A stretch of DNA of 64,000 bases from Tubulanus polymorphus (lineage: Eukaryota; Animalia; Nemertea): contig NC_134026.1 in the NCBI RefSeq assembly GCF_964204645.1, forward strand, positions 15,968,150 through 16,032,149, read 5' to 3'. The notes under the pieces were generated by a model. That model was not told the DNA's origin, did no database searches, and worked only from the letters and a program-made list of their open reading frames with translations. Below are positions 1 to 12,690 of this stretch, piece by piece. The position numbers and the translations under genes are program-made. Every line of letters begins with the position of its first letter. The stretch's first letter is position 1.

Positions 1-94
1 AATGCACAGGTTAGTTAAACTATTCCCATTATTTCACATCGGGATGCACTTACCAATAAAAGACATACTACTCCTTTGAATTGATTTTATCTAG

Positions 95-2899
95 ATATCG
101 ACGAATGCAAGGCAATACAAAATCCTTGTCACAATGGGGGAGTCTGTCAAAACACAGATGGCAGTTACTTGTGTCCATGTGCGGTGAATGCTGCTAACTG
201 TCTCGGTGAGGATAGGCCTATCAAATGTTCTTGATTTCTTAAGTCCGCCTGAAAATTTTATTTTTTTTTTTCAAACTATGGTGCATCTCATACTGACAAA
301 AAAGAATGTTGGCAAGCAATCTATGTGAGAAATTATATATGGACATGCTCCAGATTTTGTTTATTTTCAGAACGGGTGCAACTCGATGTTGCCGTTTATT
401 TAGACACTAGTGCTGCATTTACAGCTGCACAATTCACAGCATATAGAACAGTATTCAAGAAAATCATTAAACATTTTGGTGCGCACAGAGACTTCGTGCG
501 AATATCAGCATCTACTTTTGACTCGAAAGTCACAGCAATCAGTGCATTGGGGGCTTGCAACTCATCCTCTTGCATTTTGGACTTAATAGCAAAATCGCCT
601 ATAACTCAGAACAAAAACATCGCCAAAGTCGACGGCGAAGTTGTTTTTGCTAACATTCGCGAGGTATTAGATGATCGCAATACAAGGCCTGGCGTTACGA
701 GAGCAGCTATATTAGTCTGGTCTGGTCAGTCAAATAATGTCCTATTGACAAAACATGCTATGCACAATACGAAGTTGGAGGAAATACGGCTGTATGATGT
801 TACCGTTAAAAACACTAATGTTCTGACGAATACGTTTAGCCTGAACCTTGCCCTAACCGTGTCGGCTTCTTATATCGATAACATAGCATATAACGTGGTT
901 CAAAAGGCCTCCGCAGGTAACTAAAATTTCAATTATTGTTATATCACCATGGAAATTAAAGTTGAGTTGATGTTTTTAAGGTTTTCTTGTTCCGATGCAG
1001 GTTTGGATTTAGAGGGTGCACAGTGAGCCCGGGGTCTAACATTGAATAACATTATTGCATGTTTCTTCTTCATTATCAACAATCTAGATCATCAGAAATA
1101 GAATTATTTGAAATGTTCTTGAATCCATCCCCTCCCCAACCCCTAATAACATTGGCACCTTGGAGCTCACTCAAAGTGTTCTATTTTGAATATATAGATC
1201 TCAACCCGCGACGGACCCCAACTCAAACCTTATGTGCTAAATTTGAACTGAGTTTTGATGGAGTCATTTCATCTGTTTTACAGATACGGAGTGTAAGTAC
1301 GGGTATCACTTGTCCAAAGGGAAATGCATCGACATTGACGAGTGTTCGGCTTCAGAGACATGTTACAACGACGGAACTTGCATTAACAGAGACGGATCAT
1401 TCGTCTGCCCGTGCCGGAAAACAAAAAACCCCGCTTGTCTTGGTGAGTAGACTTACACTTTTTCTTTGATTAGAATTCAGTGGGAATATTTCATGGAATC
1501 ATGTTCTTGTTAATCGAGTCTCAATATTACCGTGTTATTATTGTTGTCTTTTTTAATAAAGAAATGATGGATATCGATGTTGCTGTTTTACTGGATGTAT
1601 CGAATGCAGTGCACAAAGACCAGTTCCCTCTCCTTTATAAACTTTTTCTCAGAGTGATCAAGAAATTCTACGTCCATCCAGATTTCATTCGCTTGTCGGT
1701 AGCCGCATATAGTGATAATGTTGAAGTTAGCACACAGCTCGACACATGCAAAGACATTACCTGTGTAGTGAAAGCAACAGCTGGTTGGAGTTATAATCCA
1801 CATCCACCCAATACACACACAGCGCTGCAAATAGTGAAATCGAATTTACTAGTGAAAGGAGGTCGTAGAGACGCCTCCAAAGCAGTAATCATTATTGGAA
1901 GTGGGTCTTCAACTGAGCGCGCCGATGCGATGAAAGCTATTGAAGCTCTATGGGGAATCAATGTCAGAGTGTATGCACTAATTTACGACGTAGAAGATGA
2001 CGTACTGCGACACGTATTTTCCAATCATTTTAGAACATACATTCCATTTTACATTTCCGATGATCTCAGTAATGTGGACAATGTTCATACAGCTCTTGGA
2101 CAAACAATAGCCGACGGTAATATACATTTGTCACGGCCAAATTTTGACTAGGTTGGCCTATTCCCTATGATGTAGCCTTACGGAAGTCATAGATTTTTTT
2201 ATTTACAATTTCCTCAAATAAAAGAATTTAGTTCAAATTCGTATGACCATTACGATTCAGGGTGGAATCATTAAAATTCACTGAGGTAACTTCCGTATTA
2301 GATAATTGCGTCAACAATGGTATGTACCTACCTATTGCAAACCCCACATCTTATTAATATGAAAAGAAAGATTTGGACAATATGTTCATATCTTTGGGAC
2401 GAGTTTAAAGACTGGATTTTGTTTCATCCTCAATCTGTGGATAGCATTTGATTTGATATAAATCAGGTCCGAACATGTTAGACTATAACGTAGGGTAACT
2501 AAATGTACCACACAGTCCGCAAGTACATCAAATTTTCCAAAAGGGGAACCCGAACGCCTATCTAATTCTACATTAGAATTTTATCTCGTTTTGATTGTAG
2601 ATGCAGTTTGTAGTTACGGGAAATTCTACAGTTACACGTCAAAGCAATGCAAAAGTAAATTGCCATTAAGTTCTCATTTTTAGTTAATTCTAGTTATTAT
2701 AGTACTGAAGTAAGACAAGTGTGCCGAATTATTTCACGAACTTACGTGTTACAACATTCATCACCATCTTATAAGCCTATAAAGTTAATGCTCAACATTG
2801 TTTATTTCAGATGTAAATGAATGCGTTGGAGGTAACCCTTGTTTGTCTGGTGAAAAATGCTTCGACACAGCTACCGGATTTGACTGTCGTTACTCATAG
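95..2899 (+). CDS. vWA + calcium-binding EGF repeat extracellular protein (matrilin/cartilage-matrix-like); 5'-partial; exons 95-205, 371-916, 1284-1442, 1562-2116, 2601-2654, 2811-2899
   Basis: All exons have GT-AG boundaries with phase-1 introns. Ca-EGF exons read DIDECKAIQNPCHNGGVCQNTDGSYLCPC, DIDECSASETCYNDGTCINRDGSFVCPC and NVNECVGGNPCLSGEKCFDTATGFDC. Two vWA exons read LDVAVYLDTS... and IDVAVLLDVS.... Stop TAG at 2897-2899. Confidence 0.88.
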
Positions 2900-3938
2900 T
2901 AATCGATATCGAAGAAAAATTATTTTTGCTGAATATGATTCAAAATTTACGGAATTAAAAAAAGTGATAAGATACTTGTGTCGTCTTTACTGTCATACCC
3001 AATCTTAGTCATGTGCGTAACTTTTTGTAGAATCTGCGTGAAATGGCATTGTTTTCCACTTGAGTAGCAAACCTTGTAGAATTCCTTTATGATGCCGTTC
3101 GCAGTTTAACTTGATTGGATCTAGTATGGTCTCAGTATTAATGGAGCAGCTGCTGTCAGATTTTGACAAAATTGTCATTACTGTTCTGAAACTTTCACAA
3201 TCAGAAGGGTATATAAAAAAGATAACCGCCAAACTCCACAAAGAACATATAACGCATTCCAAATGTTTTGATACTCTCTCAGTTAATACGAAAAATAGCA
3301 CCAATTGTTGTTCCTCGAGGCCATGTAAAAATTGCTTTTTTTCTCATCACAGTAACGTGACAATAACAAGATCTTAGACGAGTGCGGGAGATTTCTTTGA
3401 AATTTTTATTTCAATTCTCCTTTAATAGATGGAATTGAAAATTTTTCAAGAGGCTTAATTTTCATTATGTGGGTGGGTGAATTCCATTTCTTTGTTACGT
3501 CAATTCTTGTTTCCAAGAGATTTTTCAAACCATTTTCAACAACTTCAAAGTTAGAAATAAAAAGTAAACAATTAATTTAAAAGAAAATGCACTTTCAATG
3601 AAATTGGAAAAAGAATTACAATATCAATGCAAAAATATAGCTGCAAAGCAGCAACAACGGGTTTATGCCTAGCTGGTTCAAATGTGGCACTAGGAGGCGT
3701 ACAAAGATGTCATCGAAATTATGTGAATCTGTCCATAACATGACTATTTCGAGGAAGCACAACCTAAGGTCAACAATATGCTGGATCTGCGGATCCATAA
3801 GGTCTACCACGTTAACAGTATAGATGTATCAAGTCTAGTCAAAATGGCTTTGAGGATATCGGAGACATGGTGCTTGCATAGTCCCCTTGTGGCAGCTGCA
3901 TGAACTTGTCTGTCGCATATGCTCTCCGTGCGCGTTTT

Positions 3939-4083
3939 AGTAATTAGGTATATGTCGTCTCATGCCAGATGTCGAAAGATCGAGGTCATAAAAAATAAAT
4001 TCTCGCATGCTCGAATTTATTTTTTATTTTTTACCCACTCTCACCTTCAACCTTTGATATGAAACGACATATATCTAATTACT
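3939..4083. repeat. ~145-bp imperfect palindrome (MITE/Crypton-like non-autonomous element or hairpin)
   Basis: Arms AGTAATTAGGTATATGTCGTCTCAT and ATGAAACGACATATATCTAATTACT; inner inverted repeat AAAAAATAAATT...AATTTATTTTTT. Confidence 0.7.
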
Positions 4084-4125
4084 CTTAATATAAAAATCAA
4101 TTTTAATAACAAAATTATATAATAA

Positions 4126-4467
4126 ATGGAGAGTAAACAAGTACATAGGGAGAACAACAATCATTCTTAGATAGAATTAAAGTTACTACAAATGCTAAAT
4201 CAGTAGATTATAAATTTAAAAAGTTACCTTAGTTAACAATTCATAAAAAATATTTAATCACTAATATTGAAACAATTACTAATAAATATGGTAATAGATT
4301 AATAATTCATTTAGAATATGAAGGATTGAAAGGTAATAAATTCAGAACATATCTACCAGATTTCATAGATTATCTAGTGAAGATCTAGAAGAGTTATGTT
4401 CAGGTGCTTTCTATTTTATATCTAAAGGTAAGAATGAAAAGGGGCACCATGATATAGATTTCGAATA
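4126..4467 (+). pseudogene. Small Polinton-like ORF, possibly OB-fold/SSB-like
   Basis: Conceptual translation FKKLP*LTIHKKYLITNIETITNKYGNRLIIHLEYEG...FRTYLPD, with a stop and frameshifts; begins at TAAATG. Confidence 0.4.
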
Positions 4468-4601
4468 AAAAAGATATGTTATATAAATGGGTGAATTAAA
4501 AGAATATAGAATATTTGTTGATTCTAGAAGACTTACTAAACATAAATCTCATAATTTATTAATACAACTAGATAGAGAATGTAGAAATTGCGTTAATTTA
4601 A

Positions 4602-7600
4602 CGGTTCCTGAACTTAGCTGAAAAAGCTGAATCACTGAAACGCTGAAACGCTGAAATAAAAACGCTTATATTTCAGGGAATTTCCGAAAAACGCCGAAAT
4701 TTCAGGGAATTCCTGAAAAACGCAGAAATCGTGCTAGGTACCGACAATACACGTTTTGAAATATTTTCCGGGCCGGTGTCCGCTGCCGAGTCCTGAACCG
4801 TGTTTTAGTGTCTACCTTCGGTTACAGAGACATGCATGGACAGTATGTGTGGAGTATACTTCTAGAGGGCTACTTGGCAAAAACCGGCATCAGACCACAA
4901 TTAGGTTAGTAGCTCGAAGATGCGTAGGGCCGGACCCCAAAAATAGTACCTAGAGTGAAGAAGAGGTCCCCCATAAATGTTGCCATAATTTCTGCAAATG
5001 GGATAGGTAACGAATTTCGGTTATATGTATGAAATCCATTGATCCTGAGAGACAGATTGATGATGAAGTAAGGGATTCCCTGGACTTTTTTGCTTGGAGT
5101 AAGGGTACCAAACACGGTTGGGGATTCCCTTAGATATTTGGCCCGGATGAATTGGCATACCTGTACTGGGATACCCCTCCTTTCTAAAGGTTTGATTATT
5201 TCAAAAGTTAGGTTGGGTATGTGGGGCGAAAACCACTTCAGTGCGTAGCTAAGATGCTGGCCTATGAGCCATAAGCAGGATTTCCCCTGAATTTACGCGC
5301 TTATATATGAACTAAACTCTCGAATTTCTTGTTTTTACTATAGGATATAGAAGATTTTGGAATAGTGGTCTGAGCTCAACCGTAAAGTTTCCCAAGTCTC
5401 CGTTTCTACCTAACGCATGCGCATTAGTCAGTGCTGTGAATTGCTCCGAGAAATCGGCACATTGCGCATGCGGCACTACATGTGAACTGCATGTGAACTT
5501 TATTGACCAATAGTTGCCGTAGTTTCCATTAGGTTCGAATCCCGTAAATATATTGATCTTATTATATTTACGCTGTTCATCTTTAAGCGGCGTTATCAGG
5601 TTCGGAACCCGAAAATTACTCAAGCGTTACGACATTAACTTACTTTGATGATCAAAGTGTCGCTGGGTTATTGTTTGCCGAGTAAAAAAGTTACAGCATC
5701 CCGAATATGAAATAATGAACTTTGATAGCCCCAGGATTTACTTTTGAGTGCTATTAGGTTCGAATCCCGAATGCGTAGAAGAAAAATACATTCATCCTTT
5801 TTAATATACCGATATATATCTTAGATTTTCAGCTTATGACAAGACCACTTCAACACCTGTCATCCCCGAAAATACAAATGATCCTCTTAAGTGACCAAAC
5901 AAACTGTGCCTTCCCGCTGCGCAAAAGTTCACGCAGGTTCATTCCGTTATAGTTCTATGTTTCAGCGTTCTGACATGACCCAGTTTAGGAAAAAATACAC
6001 ATGTAGCGACGCATGCGCACGCGACCAATTTCTGGACTTCGAGGATTTCCCCAACACTTACTAATGCGCATGCGTTATGAACAGAGACTTGGAAACTTTA
6101 AGGTTTTTGCGGCCACTTGTTGGACAAATTAATTCGCTTGAAATCCGGATTTTTAATGCATACAGGCAGCATAATGAGGAAAACCCATTCACAAACCGTG
6201 CAAGCCAACTTAAACACTATGAGTATGCTCAATATTCCCTGCAAGACGCAAAATATCTTATTTGAACGTTCATGTATAAAACATGGAGCAACTTTTCTTT
6301 TGTCAACACGTTGATGGGCGACGGACTATGGTATTCTCTGAAGGAGGTAAATTAATTTTGACAGCTAGTTATATAAATGATGCTGCTTTTGGACAAAAGG
6401 GATCTAACTAAATTTCTTTTTAAATCACTGTGGAATGGAATGGAATGGATTGACGCCAACGGCATGCAGTAGGCCCCTACATATGGGTCATACTAATTAG
6501 CGTCAACCAATTAATCTAAATCGGGCAAACCATTCAACAACTATGAATAAGTTATTTGCTGTGGTGTGATAATAATTAGTTTTTTTTTTGAAGAAATGAC
6601 ATACCAACTATTAGAAAAATGTACCGATTCTTATTTTCAGACTACTACTGAATCTATAAAAGGAGGAGTCATAGACAAAGTTGATCTGCTTAGCTGGAGA
6701 CACTTCTTGTCAAGTACATCATCTTAAGTCCTGGGTGTTTTGTAAGTTTAATTTCAGTATTTATCTACTAAGTGCTGTTCCCTCGGACCTCAGTGCTTTC
6801 AAACTAGGCCGACCCCATATGCTATATAGCCCAGGGTGTATTAGCCACTATTCTTTTATTTCCTACTTAAATGCACCTTTTTCTATTTTTAGACTCAGAC
6901 TTAGAATGTGCAAATTTTTTGAGATACTGAGAAATCAGCTTGCACCAGTAAACTTCAACTGCGAAATTTGCAGCAGGATAGCTGAACGACACAATTTTTA
7001 AAAATAAAATGGCTATTCGAATGCTATTTCAATAATAACTTGATTCAACCGGAGAGAAATAAGTCAATTGCGGATGTACAGTACACCCACTTAATTCCCT
7101 GTTTCCTGGTACCAAATTTTTAGTCTTAAGCTAAGCGATATTCTAAGGTATGCTAGTGGATTTCATTAGAATATGAAGCAATGGAACCAGAATTCTAGCC
7201 CGAGTTAAGCGAACTATTGATTCTGATATAATGTAAGAACTGATTTCCTTTGTGTACTCTTACAAAATGTGTTATGTATTATTTCAAGCTGTAAAATAAT
7301 ATAGTTAGACAAACGTCCAATTATTGAATCTTTCTTGTTGACTCGTTTAATTTTGTGAGTTTAGAGCTCCTATAAGCCAGACAAATCAAAGCATGCAATA
7401 CATTGCAGATAGTAGTCTCCGGCAAGTCGAAAGAGAAAGTAAACCAGGTTTTACCCCGTACCCTACCCGGGAACAAAGACACTTAAAGACTCATTCCTCC
7501 TTGTAGAAATATGGCACCCAATCGTAGCAATGCTAAGTACAGTATACTATGACGGTTGAACCTTTATTTACGAATTTCAATGACACCGAAAATAGAATCA

Positions 7601-8100
7601 AGATAATCATAAGTTCCATGCTAGCACTTTATTTGGGTTATCAGGTTCAGCCTAACTGTACTTTCATTCAGCTACAACCTGTATGAGACTTGGCAATGAT
7701 AAGTTGCAAGAAATCACCAAACATAAGAAAAAATATTTTGAATTAATATTACTGTAATTAAGAATTTATTCAAATGAAGTGATAACTTCATTGTTAGATC
7801 GTACCGGTATATGCACATAAAACTGTGGCAAAAAACACATCCAACAATCCACGCAATCCACAATCGATCAAATCGAACATGAAGACGACCTTAAGGCATG
7901 TCTATGTAACCGAAGGTAGAGCATAAAACACGGTTCAGGACTCGTCAGCGGACACCGGCCCGGAAAACATTTCAAAACGTGTATTGTCGGTACCTAGCAC
8001 GATTTCAGCGTTTTTCGGGAATTCCCTGAAATTTCTGCGTTTTTATTTCAGCGTTTCAGCTTTTCAGTGTTTCAGCTTTTTCAGCGAAGTTCAGGAACCG
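4602..8100 (+). mobile_element. Non-autonomous Foldback/MULE-like DNA transposon, copy 1
   Basis: ~200-bp TIRs CGGTTCCTGAACTT(A/C)GCTGAAA... with internal GCTGAAA repeats; 9-bp TSD TTAATTTAA at 4593-4601 and 8101-8109; second copy at 28439-30798. Confidence 0.9.
4877..6110. mobile_element. Nested non-autonomous element with 9-bp TSD (MULE-like)
   Basis: Absent from copy 2 of the host element; 9-bp TIR GCAAAAACC/GGTTTTTGC; TSD GGC(T/C)ACTTG at 4868-4876 and 6111-6119. Confidence 0.85.
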
Positions 8101-9000
8101 TTAATTTAAAGTTAGTAAACATTAGTTAATGTAACTCTTTTTATAATGTAACGGATAAATCTATTGATCATAGATTGTTTATGGTTCAGGAAAAAATAAA
8201 AGGTATCATCTATATCTAAAACCAGGGTTATATAATTTCGGTACATTGTCACAAGAAATTAATAGAAAAAAGCCTGGCATAAATCAGGTAGTGATGCTGG
8301 GTTTAACATTAGATTTTTAAAAAGTGATAGTTCCAATAAAATAAGGATTAGGTTAACTCGTTGTGAAAAAAATCAATTTTTAGTTAAAAAACCTACAGCT
8401 TAACTGTTAGGAACTACACCAGATAAACTTTATTTAAATGTTGATGCAACACCAAACCTAATACCTTACACACATTTTTTTTATATTTATTGTAATTTAA
8501 TTGATCCTACAAAAACATTTAAAACAACTATAGATACAACTTGTAATTCTAGTATATTAAATATTTTACCTTTGAAGAATGTTGAATAGTTTGGAACACA
8601 AATAAATTAGTTGTAAAGAATGTAAAGAATGATTAACAATTTTTTGTAATAATGAATATGAATATAACAGTAGGACCGAGTATTTGTTTTTGGTTTGATT
8701 TTAAGCATGATAAAGCCATGAGAATTGAACTAAATGATTCGATTACTGATATCAAAAGTAAATCATTTAACAATGCATCAATGATTAATTAAGAAAATTA
8801 TTATATAGAAAAAGTAATTGATTTAATTAAAACATCATTAGAATATTATGAATTAAATGAAGATAAAATTATTGATGATATTAGAAATATATTATCTAAA
8901 ATATATGATAATCATAAAAGTAGTAATGAAATAAATGTTGAAATAATTATTAATAAGATAACTAAATATTTTGAAGAAGTAATTTTTTTCTATTGAATGA

Positions 9001-9222
9001 ATGAATGATAATAAGCGGATAATAAATGGATTATATAATGGAGCATTACTTTCAGTGGGAACGGTTGGTTATACAATGTTACTGGAGAAAGTATTTAAAT
9101 TGGGAAATATTAATATTGATAGATTTGATATAAATGATATTTTGAAATTAACGTTAGCAGTTACTTTATCTAGTTTAACAATTGATTATTTGGAAAAAAA
9201 CAAAAATATATCCCTCCTTTAA
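9001..9222 (+). CDS. Small two-helix hydrophobic ORF of the Polinton-like element
   Basis: Intact 73-aa ORF with two hydrophobic segments inside the AT-rich cluster. Confidence 0.5.
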   Translation: MNDNKRIINGLYNGALLSVGTVGYTMLLEKVFKLGNINIDRFDINDILKLTLAVTLSSLTIDYLEKNKNISLL

Positions 9223-9244
9223 ATGCATTATTTATGTTAAATAA

Positions 9245-9667
9245 ATGGTATCTGCAATTATAACTATTATGGGATCGGCAATTGTTAACGCTTTAGCATT
9301 TACTGGTGGTGGATATTTATCTAAGCATAATGATAAAAATGGTTCATTATCAGAACAAAAAAGACATAACTTATCATTAGAAAAATATAATAAAGCAGCA
9401 GAAGAATGCAGAGGAAAAAGACAAAATTATATGGATTATATTAATAAAGAATTATATAATCAAAATATTTCACATGTAGATTTTGAATCAGTTGATGTTG
9501 CTTTGAGTTTATATAACGCAGTAACAAATAAAGAAAATTTTCATCTTTATAAACCTACATTATCAGATTATTATACACCAAGTAATGAACTGAAGAAATA
9601 TGAAGTAATATGGATTTTAGGTGGTACGATTATTGTTATATTTGTAGCATATAAATTTACAAATTAA
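9245..9667 (+). CDS. Polinton-like membrane/coiled-coil protein (NALAF.G family)
   Basis: Intact 140-aa ORF: N-terminal hydrophobic GSAIVNALAFTGG, an EQKRHNLSLEKYNK coil and a C-terminal TM; starts at TAAATG. Confidence 0.55.
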   Translation: MVSAIITIMGSAIVNALAFTGGGYLSKHNDKNGSLSEQKRHNLSLEKYNKAAEECRGKRQNYMDYINKELYNQNISHVDFESVDVALSLYNAVTNKENFHLYKPTLSDYYTPSNELKKYEVIWILGGTIIVIFVAYKFTN

Positions 9668-9693
9668 TTATATATTATTTTCTTGTTAAATAA

Positions 9694-10121
9694 ATGGAAA
9701 AAGTTGATAATTTTGATATTATTCCTCATGATATCAATAAAACTAAATTAAAATTATATCTAGAAAAACAAATATTAGAATTTGGAAATGATTTGAAAAT
9801 TAAAAAGAAAAAATCTAAGATTATATATTATTCTTTTATTAGTGGGTCCATTACAATTAGTTCGGTGATAACATTTTTAGCAATATTCTCACCATTAACA
9901 CCTTAAGCTATATCAATTGGTGTGCTTGGATTATCATCAAGTGTATTAACTGGCATAAGCTCAAAATTGAATATAAAAAGTAATAAAGGAAAAATTAAAT
10001 CTTACATTAACATCTAAGAAATTAATACATTAAGAAAAACTTTAGCTTATATAATTAGTTTAAATGGTAATATTACAATTGAAGAACGAGATGAATTATT
10101 AAAAGAAGTAATTAATTATTA
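9694..10121 (+). pseudogene. Two-TM coiled-coil ORF of the Polinton-like element
   Basis: The ORF continues past the in-frame stop at 9904-9906 as AISIGVLGLSSSVLTGISSKLNIKS; starts at TAAATG. Confidence 0.45.
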
Positions 10122-10138
10122 ATCTTGTTATTAAATAA

Positions 10139-11240
10139 ATGGTAAATAATTTTCCAAAAGCTTTCCAATATAATAAATCAATTAAATATAATATTCCAGC
10201 AATAGATTTTAATTAAAATATTACTCATAGAAATGAAGTTTTAAATTCATTAATTTATTTAGATATTTATGTTACTGAAACTAATAATTTTAATGTAAAG
10301 ATGGAAAATATATTTCATGTATATTTAATTAATTTAAAAAAATTAAGAGAAGCAAAACAATGGCTAGTAAAATCTAATATGAAGTATTGGCAGAACCAAT
10401 TAAATTTTGCAGTTTATTGTGTAACAACAGGATGTGGTATAAGTTGGAACAATCAATTAAATAAACCAAGTCTACCATTAATCTTATCAGTTTTTAGCGT
10501 TCATACGTACTTTCAAATAAGATTTATATTAAATGAATAACAGTGTCCTTTACCAGGATCTAGATATTTTAAACAATTAGATGATAATATTAATTTATCA
10601 AAGTTTTATAAAGTTTGTAATGAATTTCATATAAATATAAATAATTCTGATTTTCGAACAAAAATTGGAACAATAAGATCACTTCCTTGTCCTGAAAATA
10701 TTTTACAATATTGCACACTTCCAATACCAGCTAACAGTATTTACAATATATATACTAATAAATTAGGTTATGGTTAAATAGAAAATATAAATTTTAAAAC
10801 ATTAAATTTCAATAAATCACCGAAATTTAATGATAATTCAAAACAATGGGTTCATTTTATTTTAGTGAAGGATTTACCAAGCCCGGTATACAAAGAATAA
10901 ATCAATCTATTAGAATATATGTTAATTCGCATATTAGAATCACAGGTTGAAACAAGATCCCCGATAATTGGGAATGATAATACTTCATTCGATACACAGA
11001 ATCAAAATTATTTAGATAAATCTCGTATAAGATTAAATTATTGTTTAGGTCCTAATTTGTTAATTATATCTAATGATTTACTATTAAAGATAGGAGATAT
11101 AATTGGGTATAATAATTTAATTACGACTGCAGGACTAAATAATTCATTTGGGTGAAATTATATAAATCAAAAAATTATCACTGCTCCAAAACTAATGGAT
11201 GGTGAAAAAAATTTAAAAAAACATACAATCAACAGAAACT
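10139..11240 (+). pseudogene. Conserved hypothetical Polinton-like gene (QLNFAV.C.T.GCG.S family)
   Basis: Broken frame joining track ORFs 10301-10540 and 10919-11155; starts at TAAATG 10136-10141. Confidence 0.5.
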
Positions 11241-11254
11241 AAAACAAAGAATAA

Positions 11255-12361
11255 AGCTGCAAAGCAGCGATAACGGGTTTTCTGCAAATCTGCACCATGC
11301 CATTCAGGTTGATAGGAATTATTGAAAATTTAAATGCCGATACATGAAATATAATGTATTGACAGATTCGAACCTAATATACAACCACTGTGTAAACGTC
11401 CAATGTGATTCAGCTTTGAAAGCGAACTTACGTGGACGTACAATCAAAACATATGAATTGATTAGACCAAGCATTTATTTTCTATGACCACGCTTAAAAA
11501 ATGGATATGTTCTATTAAGAAACTCATCTTAAGAATCTGCTGAGTCAATAGGTGTTGAATACATTTACTGATATAAGAACGTATTAGGATTTAGAATAGA
11601 TTTCAAGGAATTAATCTTTTTATTGAAATATTTGAATAAATACATATATTGTATTGTAGATTCAATCGATAGATTATGAATTGCTTTGGTCGGGGTATCG
11701 GGCCGATGTTGATTTTGGCTTTTATCGATTACTAATTCTATACTGATAAACAATTTAAACCTTGCAACCCGTAAACATCAAACCTATTCCACGAGTTAAT
11801 AAACTGTTAGTCACTGCAAACTGTTCCAGTGTTATGTCGATCGTGTTAATCGCTTTGCTTGAGTTAAAAGAATCAGGCCGTATATGGTATGATGCAACAT
11901 CGGTCGAAGAGAGTTGTTGTTGACTGACTGCCCTTGAACATTTATCTTCAAGTGTTTGACATCAACATATACCCATGAACTGCAAAATATTCATAGAACA
12001 TGAAAACCTATATACATGTATACAGTATTCAAACTTTCACCAGTGTTGGATATTTGAATGAACATTGGCTTATTTCAATATTTTAAAGCAGCAAATAATA
12101 AGCCCAATCAATAGGCCATATTCCCATTAGTATAATGCGCTCAGCTGTTCACTCATCTGTCGAGATTGGAGAAATCGGTATACCAAACCTACGTACAGCA
12201 AAATGTACAGGCCTACATAATGATTTCTTGTTTTCTTTTATACGAGCCGTGATCACATGAACGTTTTGGATCTAGGTTTGACTATAAATGTCAGGTCAGC
12301 AGACAAGCCCGAGCAAAATTTAATCACATGGCTCAATTAGCCTTTCTGTGTGCGAATACTT
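11255..12361 (+). mobile_element. Helentron/Helitron-like non-autonomous element, 5' part
   Basis: Starts with hairpin GCTGCAAAGCAGC; colinear with 60804-62252 over ~1.1 kb; a short related start lies at ~3640. Confidence 0.65.
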
Positions 12362-12404
12362 AGGTAGGGACACACGAGCGTATTTTTTCGCACGATCGCG
12401 ACGA

Positions 12405-12690
12405 TTAAATTCCGCGGAATTCCGGATAATCAGAATTATTTTTCCAGAGATTTCCGGATCGTTCCAGAATAACATAGAATTGCTTTTCCAGAAATTTCCG
12501 GATCTCTCCAGAAAGCAGATCGCGTAACGGCACGGAGGAGGGGGGGGTTAACGCGGAATTCCGGAAAACCAGAATTATTTTTCCAGAAATTTCCGGATCT
12601 TTCCAGAAAGCTGATCGCGTAACGGCGCGAAGGGGGGAGGCACCGCGAACTTCCATAAAATCAGAATTATTTTTCCAGATATTTCCGAAT
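12405..12690. repeat. Degenerate tandem repeat (AGAATTATTTTTCCAGAAATTTCCGGATC units), probable element end
   Basis: About four degenerate copies of the unit, separated by GC-rich spacers. Confidence 0.7.

Larger units (their letters stand above)
4487..8640 (+). pseudogene. Penton/minor capsid protein-like gene split by a Foldback/MULE insertion (pieces 4487-4601 and 8110-~8640)
   Basis: Removing the insertion and one TSD joins MGELKEYRIFVDSRR...LIQLDRECRNCVNL|KLVNIS*CNSFYNV...LKPGLYNFGTLSQEIN...LLG...YIYCNLID...ILNILP. This fits the NSFYN / PG.Y / LLG / YIYC.L pattern of Polinton single jelly-roll pentons. Confidence 0.6.
4084..11245 (+). mobile_element. Decayed Polinton/Maverick-like endogenous viral fragment, interrupted by the 4602-8100 insertion
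   Basis: Very AT-rich, intronless, tightly packed co-oriented ORFs with stops and frameshifts. Includes a penton-like gene and small ORFs (NALAF.G; YWQNQLNFAVYCVTTGCGIS) of a type I recognise from invertebrate Polinton-like elements. No pPolB, integrase or major capsid gene is visible. Confidence 0.7.

Noticed and set aside
1059-1469. 136-aa ORF
   Set aside because: Off-frame overlap with the true EGF exon 1284-1442 and intron sequence.
4756-7001. Short ORFs duplicated at 29777-30652
   Set aside because: They lie in the non-coding body of the duplicated Foldback element, with no domain motifs.
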